NCBI GenBank assembly: GCA_951406725.2
Contig: OX597823.1
Coordinates: 32,054,001-32,118,000 of the forward strand
Direction of reading: 5' to 3'
Length of the DNA: 64,000 bases
From: Octopus vulgaris
Lineage: Eukaryota
Part shown: one piece after another, positions 1 to 64,000 of the stretch
Position numbering within the stretch: position 1 is the first letter of the stretch
Layout: each line of letters starts with the position of its first letter
Made by a program: the position numbers and the translations under genes
Notes under the pieces: model-generated
Seen by the model: only the letters and a program-made list of their open reading frames with translations
Database searches by the model: none
What the model was told of the DNA's origin: nothing

Positions 1-266
1 GACAATGACGCCGACGACGATGATGATATAGTTAAAGTAGAAAGTGTCTCTGGCAAAAGAAGACCAAAGAAGATCTGTGAAGGTTGAGATAGCAAGGTCA
101 GATATCATGATGTGTTTTCTGAACAAGCTGACACAGGAGCAAGATAAATAACATAATGTATTGCAGATCTGTCCTAACCCTGCCAGCTGCTAGTGGGAGG
201 GCAAGAAAGGGCAGGAATTAGAAAATCAATGCTGATTCAATGATGATGATGGCAATATATACTTAC

Positions 267-56789
<56,523 letters not shown>

Positions 56790-56841
56790 TGTGACGACCA
56801 GGGATGACCGGTGGACGTACCACAGTCTTGTTGCTGCAGGC

Positions 56842-56848
56842 TTTTATA
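56842..56848 (-). promoter_or_regulatory. TATA box (cTATAAAAg) of the vitellogenin-like gene
   Basis: Consensus TATAAAA ending about 53 nt upstream of the ATG. Confidence 0.75.
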
Positions 56849-58859
56849 GGTCTTGGTTAATGCTGTACATTTTGGTCACATGACTGACTATGCAGCAGGC
56901 AGCATGCAGCAAAAAAGCTTGCAGCAAAGTTTGCGAATTCCCAAAGAATTTGAACTGTCACAAAATATTGTCATTTGTCTACGAGGATTTAGTTTGTTAA
57001 ACAAATGACAGATGTCAAATTATTTACAGGAATTTGTCAATTGAGGTGAAAGAAAAATTTCCAATCAGAAAACAAGAAATGTTTTCATTCATGTAAGAAT
57101 GGAATGCTTCCACAGCAAGATTTTTGTCCTTCCTCTAAAAATGTTTATGATTTCTCTCTTGTTTTTCCATTTTTTGGCAGTTATTATAAACAAACTGCAA
57201 CTGGTTACTTCCTCGAGCACAGAATTAAATTTAAACAAAAACAGAATATATAAAAATAACAAAAAAAACTAATATAAATCACACAAACTGATTGTTAACT
57301 TTTAAACAGAAGGTGAAATACTTCCCTCCCCCAAAAAATGATTTTAATCTGTAGAGATGAGAGGTTGCTATCAACTATGTGACAAATTTGAAAGGTCAAA
57401 TGGTGAAGAACAGAAATGGCTTTAACATAAAAGTTAACTTTTCACTTTGAATCATTTCAGACATGTTTCTTTCTAGATTTTTGAATTCTCAACAAGTCAT
57501 TAAATATTTTAATTAATCAACTAATTAACTCTTATTCATATTCTTTTATTCTATTATTTGTTTCAGTCATTTGACTGCAGCCATGCTGGAGCATAGCCTT
57601 TAGTTGAGCAAACTGACCCCGAGACTTATTCTTTGTAAGCCTAGTACTTATTCTATCGGTCTCTCTTACCAAACCGCTAAGTAATGGGGATGTAAACACC
57701 CCAGCATCAGTTGTCAAGTGATGGTGGGGGGACAAACATACACACACACACACACATACACATATGATGGGCTTCTTTCAGTTTCTGTCTACCAAATCCA
57801 CTCACAAGGCTTTAGTTGGCCCAAGGCTATAGTAGAAGACACTTGCCCAAGGTGCCATGCAGTGGGACTGAACCCGGAACCATGTAGCTAGTAAGCAAGC
57901 TACTTACCACACAGCCACTCCTGCACCTGTTAACGTGAACTTTACGACATGAAGTCATTAAGAGACAGCAAAGTTTGATTTACAAAAATCTTTACAGAAG
58001 AATAAGATAAAAATCAGGAAACTTGGTATTTAATCTTTATATTGAAAGCATTTTTTCTACATTTTCCATTAAAAAATGAGATTGTTTTTTACAGCTGAAT
58101 GATCTTTCTTACTGTTAAACGTTCAAATGTGAAGTAAGAAGAAACTTACTGTCAGCCAGGTAAACTGAGGCATTCACAGTTACTTTCCTTTTCTCTAGAA
58201 ATGCCACATAATATCTTTTTATGTAGGTGGGTTTGTTAAAAGCCCCAGGACTCAAAGGCCATAATTTAACCTGCTTTCCATGGCATATAAGTAACTGAGG
58301 CTACAACACTCTCCCCTGGGTGGGATGTCAGCCCATTGCAGGGTCAACTTCCTTGCTATTGCTTGAGCCCTTTTACAGCTGAATGGACTGAGCAACATGA
58401 AATAAAGTATTTTGCTGAGGAACACAATCCACTGCCCAGTCTGGGAAATGAACCCACATTTTCATGATAATGAGTGCAACGTCCTAACCACCAGTGTTGA
58501 TATAAAAAGGTGAATATTCCAGCGCCTTAACCTCACAACCCAATGACTATATTTCTGAGACTGCAGACCATAAACCTAACCCAAACCCTAACACCTTTCT
58601 CCTTGAATCAACTCTGAAATACACTGAAATCCTTTAAAACTAACAAATATTTTCAATGTTTAAAGTACAAATTCAATGGAATACTGCCAAATGTAATGTT
58701 AGAAGCTGGAATTTTCACAGGATCACAGATCTATAGTGTCAGCTGTGATTCACCATTTTCTCTAAAGTAAATGATATGGAACATGGATATCTTTTGCTGA
58801 AGCTGTTAAAAATAGGATACCTCAATTCTGAAATCAACTGATAACTGGTTGATAACAAG

Positions 58860-59090
58860 CTGAAATCTTAAGAAAGAATGGGATGTAGAATGTTTATTAA
58901 AATGAAGTTTTTACATAATCATTGTCATTTGTCTACCGTTCTTGGGGTTGTAAGCAATGAACTTGGTGAGCATTTCCAGCAGCAGATTTCTGATGTGGAA
59001 ATCAAATATCAAAGGATTTTCACCCAAAATATTTTGGCTGATTATTATTGGTTCCTTCATAAAGAGAGGTCTCTGTTCCACAAATAATGA
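58860..59090 (+). mobile_element. Chapaev/CMC-like DNA transposase C-terminal relic
   Basis: IKMKFLHNH...LGVVSNELGEHFQQQI...KYQ...ILADYYW resembles the K.HFLHSH...SDE.GERFHQDI...RYQ...LADYCW motif. Confidence 0.6.
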
Positions 59091-59656
59091 AAGTAGAGAC
59101 TACAGCAAGGTTTTACTTCACAATAACAATTTGTCTCTTAGTTGCGATAACTTAACGTTATCTTTGAGGATGGTTAAACACTGGATGGGTAACTCTATGA
59201 GTGAAACTCTACTGTTTGCTCTATGCCAAAACAAATGAGAAAAGGTTGCGTTAATATTATTTAATCATAACTAACATAGAACAAAGAAGTAACATGGTAT
59301 GTCTACTCAATGGAAGCCAAAAATGGGAAAGGAAAAAGAAGAGTGACTTTGGTTACACAAAATCTGGTCATATTAGAGACATTTGACTATCAGATATGAA
59401 TTCAATAGGAAATGGTAATTCTCATTTCTGTAACAGAAGAAAACTTAAATTTGTTGTCTTGTGTAATTAATCTGCTATAATCACTTTTGTCATGGAGAGT
59501 AATTAAATAATATGAGGTTTATTATAAGCTATCAAGTGGTTTGTTTGGTAAAATCCATGGTATTTTCACCTTTGAAACAAATAGAGACTTCAAATAGAGC
59601 ATCAAAGAGCATTTCCTTGAAGTGGTTGGGATTTGGTGGCTAGACAGATGTAAAGG

Positions 59657-59807
59657 AACATTATTTACATTATTTACATTTGATGGATATTTGTCCTCAT
59701 CTTTGTTGTTAACACAACGTTTCGGCTGATATACCCACCATGTGGTGTAGTGGTTAAGAGCGTTAGCTACTAACCCCAAGATTCCAAGTCCAATTCCAGG
59801 CAGTGAT

Positions 59808-59865
<58 letters not shown>

Positions 59866-60393
59866 TCGAAAACTACCTTAGGAATGAAAACCCAGGTTCG
59901 AAATTTCACCAAGACACCTGATGAAGGCTGGAGGGTATATCAGGCAAAACGTTGTGTTAACAAGAAACAAGATGAGGACAAATATCCATCAAATGTAAAT
60001 AAGGTAAATAATGTACATAATTCCTCATCTCTTAACTATAGAGCTATATTATCTAATTGGTACGGAGCTGACATTAGTCTTCAATGGAGACATATAGAGA
60101 AACTCCATCAAAAACTAGCCCACAGGCATATGGTGTAGTGGTTAAGAGCGCGGGCCACTAACGCCAAGATTCCGATTTCGATTCCAAGCAGTAACCTGAA
60201 TAATAATAATACTAATGATAATAACATTGAAAAATACCTTAGGAATGAGAACCCAGGTTCGAAATTTCCCCAAGACACCCGATGAAGGCTGGAGTGCATA
60301 TCAGCCGAAACGTGCTAACAACAAACAAGATGAGGACAAATATCTGTCAAATGTAAATAATGTACATAATTAATCTCTTAAATTTAGAACTGT
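59657..60393. mobile_element. Family H: inverted fragment + near-full copy (59738-60043) + second full copy (60121-60393)
   Basis: Same tRNA head, (AAT)n, HHR and tail. Confidence 0.8.
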
Positions 60394-61019
60394 AGACATA
60401 AAGAAAGTTTACTACATTACTGAGCCTCCAATAATTTTAGGTATCCTGAGAGTCTGTGATAAACTGTCCCTCAAAATGCTCCATACAGGTGATATTTATT
60501 ACCTATACTGAATAAATTATTGGTATACCTTACAATATTTCTAGCAGTGATGTCTTGTTCCTGTATCACCAACCTTGTCACTTCTGTTACTCCATTCAAG
60601 CTAGATATGTGTATTCAGACCAAAGATATATGTGAGAAACCCAATTCATGAAAATGTTGGCCACATAAAGGCAGACTTCTATGGGTTTTTTATTATAATT
60701 GATTAATATGCCATCAGTATGTCTGTTTTTACTGACACACTAAATTGTTAGCATATCAGGTGAAATGCTTTGCAGCTTTTGTCCATCTATACATTCTGAG
60801 TTCAAATTCTGCTGATATCAGCTTGGTCTTTCATCCTTTCAGGGTTAATAAAATTAGTTCTAGTTATGCACTGAGGTTGATATAATCAACTTACCCCTTC
60901 ACCTGAATTTGCAGGTCTTGAGCTAAAATTTGAAACCATTGTTATTATTTTGATTTGGCTCAGGTTTGGTCTTATTCCTGGTAGGATTTGTGTTTAGAAC
61001 CCTCCTGGTAATCCTTACT

Positions 61020-61960
61020 ATTATTACTCCTTCATAACACAGTGTAGGTAAAAATGCACCAGAGTCTTTAGTCATCAGTCAAATCACAAGGACCTCAGGC
61101 ATATAATACTTTCCTCAAGATGTGCGCTGTGCCCAATAAGGCTGCTTTTTGCAAGACATCAATCTTGCATGGGATTTCCAGTTGCCTTAAGAAATCTTGA
61201 ATTTTCAATGGGATTGAACCCAACAATCTGATCACCACTGTTATCACTTTTACATTACCTTCACGCTCTCCATACAGTCTTGCCACATTCACTTTCAATT
61301 TGGAATAATTGGTGATTATTGGTGATTATTGGTGATAATTGGTGATTATTGGTGATTTTTTTCAACCTCTTTACTCACAACAATCATGTCATTTGGTATG
61401 GCTACATCAATGATCTGACAGTATTTGCCTCTCTTATTCAATATGACAATATCCGGCTGACGGTGTTCGATTACATGATCCATTTGAAAATCATAGTCCC
61501 AGAGTATCGTTACCTTTCCATCCTCCTGCATAACTTTACTTGGTACATGGTCATACCAGTTCTCTGTTATTTCATATTGATATTTATGGCATAAGAACCA
61601 ATGAAGATACACACACACTTTATTGTGGTGACGTTCATAATCTTTTTGTGCAAGGCTCTCACATCCACTTACCAAGTGGGCCACATTTTCCACACTCTTT
61701 CCACAGAGTCTGCATTTCTGGGTGTCAGAAGTTTTATAGATGTTATACTTCACTGAATTGGTAGCAAGAGCCTGGTCTTGTGCAGCAATGATCAGTGATA
61801 CACTTCAAATCACTTTGCTCAAGCCATGCCCACGATGCTGTATTAACCTTAACGTCTGGTGTACTCCTTTCAAACTGTTCATGCATTCTCATTTCAAGAA
61901 GATCTTATTTTCTCTTCAGCTCTTTCGTTAAACTCTTCCTTGTTCATCATTTCATCTACA
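61020..61960 (-). mobile_element. R4/Dong-like LINE C-terminal region (CCHC knuckle + REL endonuclease), pseudogenised
   Basis: CRLC...ENVAHLVSGC..LAQKDY.RHHNKV...LWD...RQPDIV...IIDVAIP...KEVEK, LQKAALLGTAHILRKVL; (ATT)n at 5' junction. Confidence 0.85.
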
Positions 61961-62139
61961 TTATTATTATTATTATTATTATTATTTACTTTTAATCTAT
62001 ATGTTACAATCACTCACCAAAACACAGCCAGCATTCTAGGGCGAGTAAAGGATAAGAAATGTTACTGTATGACTGAAAGCTTGGAGAGGAGAAGTGGCAG
62101 GGTCAGTAGTGAAATATCTTCATGTAATACAACACATAC

Positions 62140-62860
62140 ATTTAAATTGATAGGGTTTTTCTAAGGATGTGGGCAGTACATGTCAATACAATCTTTTGGA
62201 TTTCTCTGAGGCATGGTTCTCCTGGGATATTATCTAGATATTTCTGATATCCCTTTCTTATCATACCTAGGGCACCCACAATAACAGGAACAATTCTTAA
62301 TTTAAGATGTCACATCTTTTGTATTTCAATTTCCAGGTCCTTATATTTACTTGATTTGTAAAATTCTTTTACAGATATATTTTTTATCAGTGGGAACACT
62401 TACATCTATTGGCCTGCAAGTATTTTCTTCTCTGTCTTTAATGACCATGTCTGGTCGATTATTATTATTATTATTATTTTCCAATGGATTTGCAATGTAT
62501 TACATTTTCCAACCAGATCTCAACTAGAGACTTAATGCAGGTATATATTAGATGAATATGGCCAGTTGATGTCGACACAATTTTTGAGTCTCATAGATTG
62601 TTGGTTCCCCAGGGATTTGGTCAAAAAATTTGTTGTTACCTTTTTTGATCATTCACAGGGCACCTACAACAACAGGGATAGTTTAGATTTTTAATTGCCA
62701 TGCCCTAGATATCTCACTCACAAAGTCCTTATATTTCAGCAATATTTCAATTTCTTTTGCTGAGATGGTTCTTTCAGTAGCCACTGTCATGTCAATTAAC
62801 AGTCATGTTTTTTGTTTTAAGTCTTTGATGACGATGTCTGTTCTGTTAGCATTTATTTGC
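62140..62860 (-). mobile_element. Two further R4/Dong-like REL fragments
   Basis: NRPD.VIKD / NRTDIVIKD motifs, VPVIVGALG; 3' end similar to 28500-28640. Confidence 0.7.
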
Positions 62861-63094
62861 CAGTCTGTATAGCCCATGCAACGGTTTTTCTTGCCAGTCC
62901 TGATGCTTCCTTCATGCTTTCCTGTTTGGCTTTTGTTTGGCTTTTGTTTTACACATTTTTGCTGCCTTAGTGAGTGGTATGTACTCCTTATCATCATCAT
63001 AATCAGGGAAGTTAAGTTCTCATCTGTATTTATATGCCTCCTTTCAGACTGAGTGCAGCTTGTGTATTATCTCTCTCTCTCTCTCTCTCTCTCT

Positions 63095-63152
<58 letters not shown>

Positions 63153-63428
63153 AAATATATTTTAAATTGTATGGTGCCTCAACTTAAGTACCATATTCAT
63201 CTGAATCTAAAGTTTTACTGAACTCATCTTATATGTATATATATATATATACATATATATATAGTTGAAATTTACAGAAAAACAAAAAACAAAAACAGGT
63301 GTATTAGTTTGACACTCAGAAAGGTGAGAAAGTCCTTGCATTTCGAACCTACATTCTTCAACAGAAGGGAGTACAAAGAAATAAACAGAAAGAGAATAAA
63401 AAACTTTTAGAGATAGCAGTCAATCAGG

Positions 63429-63529
<101 letters not shown>

Positions 63530-64000
63530 CATACATACATATATACATGTGTGTGTGTGTCTGGGTGTCTAAACAAATTACTTTTTTATTTAATTCAGGG
63601 GATGATAGGTTCAAACAAGCTGTGTCCAATCACTTTGAATAAAGTACTCAACGAGATGACTAAGGATTAATAAACATTTAATCCATAACCATTAGTTTAA
63701 CAAAATATATTGTGTTTCACCTATGACTAGCCAAGCTTGAACTTGTCTCCAAGCTATAACGAGTCAACTTAATTATAGTCATCCGAATTAGCTTAAATGT
63801 TAATGAAGGTAGCAATCCATCTGAACATTTTTGCCCAAGAAGGATTACTATCCTATCCCAGAAAATGATCTTTCACTCATCCGCCTCATATCATCGGTAT
63901 GGCAAAACTGCTGTGTCCTGTAGCATATCAGATTGTGTAGACTGATTCCAAAGAAAACAGAGGATCTTCATATTTTTACTTCAAGAACTTATTCTGACAA

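Noticed and set aside
58570-58600. Telomere-like CCTAAC repeats
   Set aside because: Only 2-3 imperfect units; not a telomeric array.

Overview
AT-rich, microsatellite- and transposon-dense animal genomic DNA; the SINE families and (TA)n/(ATT)n/(CAT)n load suggest an octopod cephalopod (inference). One host gene spans most of the window on the minus strand: a vitellogenin-like large lipid transfer protein. I reconstructed 25 GT-AG coding exons by hand with fully compatible phases (ATG at 56789, TATA at 56842-56848, 4923 nt = 1641 codons). The gene runs off the left edge. Introns hold tRNA-derived SINEs, a CR1 3' end, (TAA)n-associated R4/Dong-like LINE fragments, DD37D-type Tc1/mariner relics, TTAA (piggyBac-type) MITEs, a solo LTR and a Penelope GIY-YIG relic; a Chapaev-like relic lies upstream of the gene. 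The main hidden signal is a set of small non-coding, often inverted or palindromic repeat families carrying minimal type I hammerhead ribozyme (HHR) motifs of the Penelope type. These include a tRNA-headed SINE with an HHR in its 3' half and Penelope-style inverted insertions, and a family whose core shows the compensatory G3-C8 swap. All calls are from reading the sequence by eye; no database search or folding program was run.
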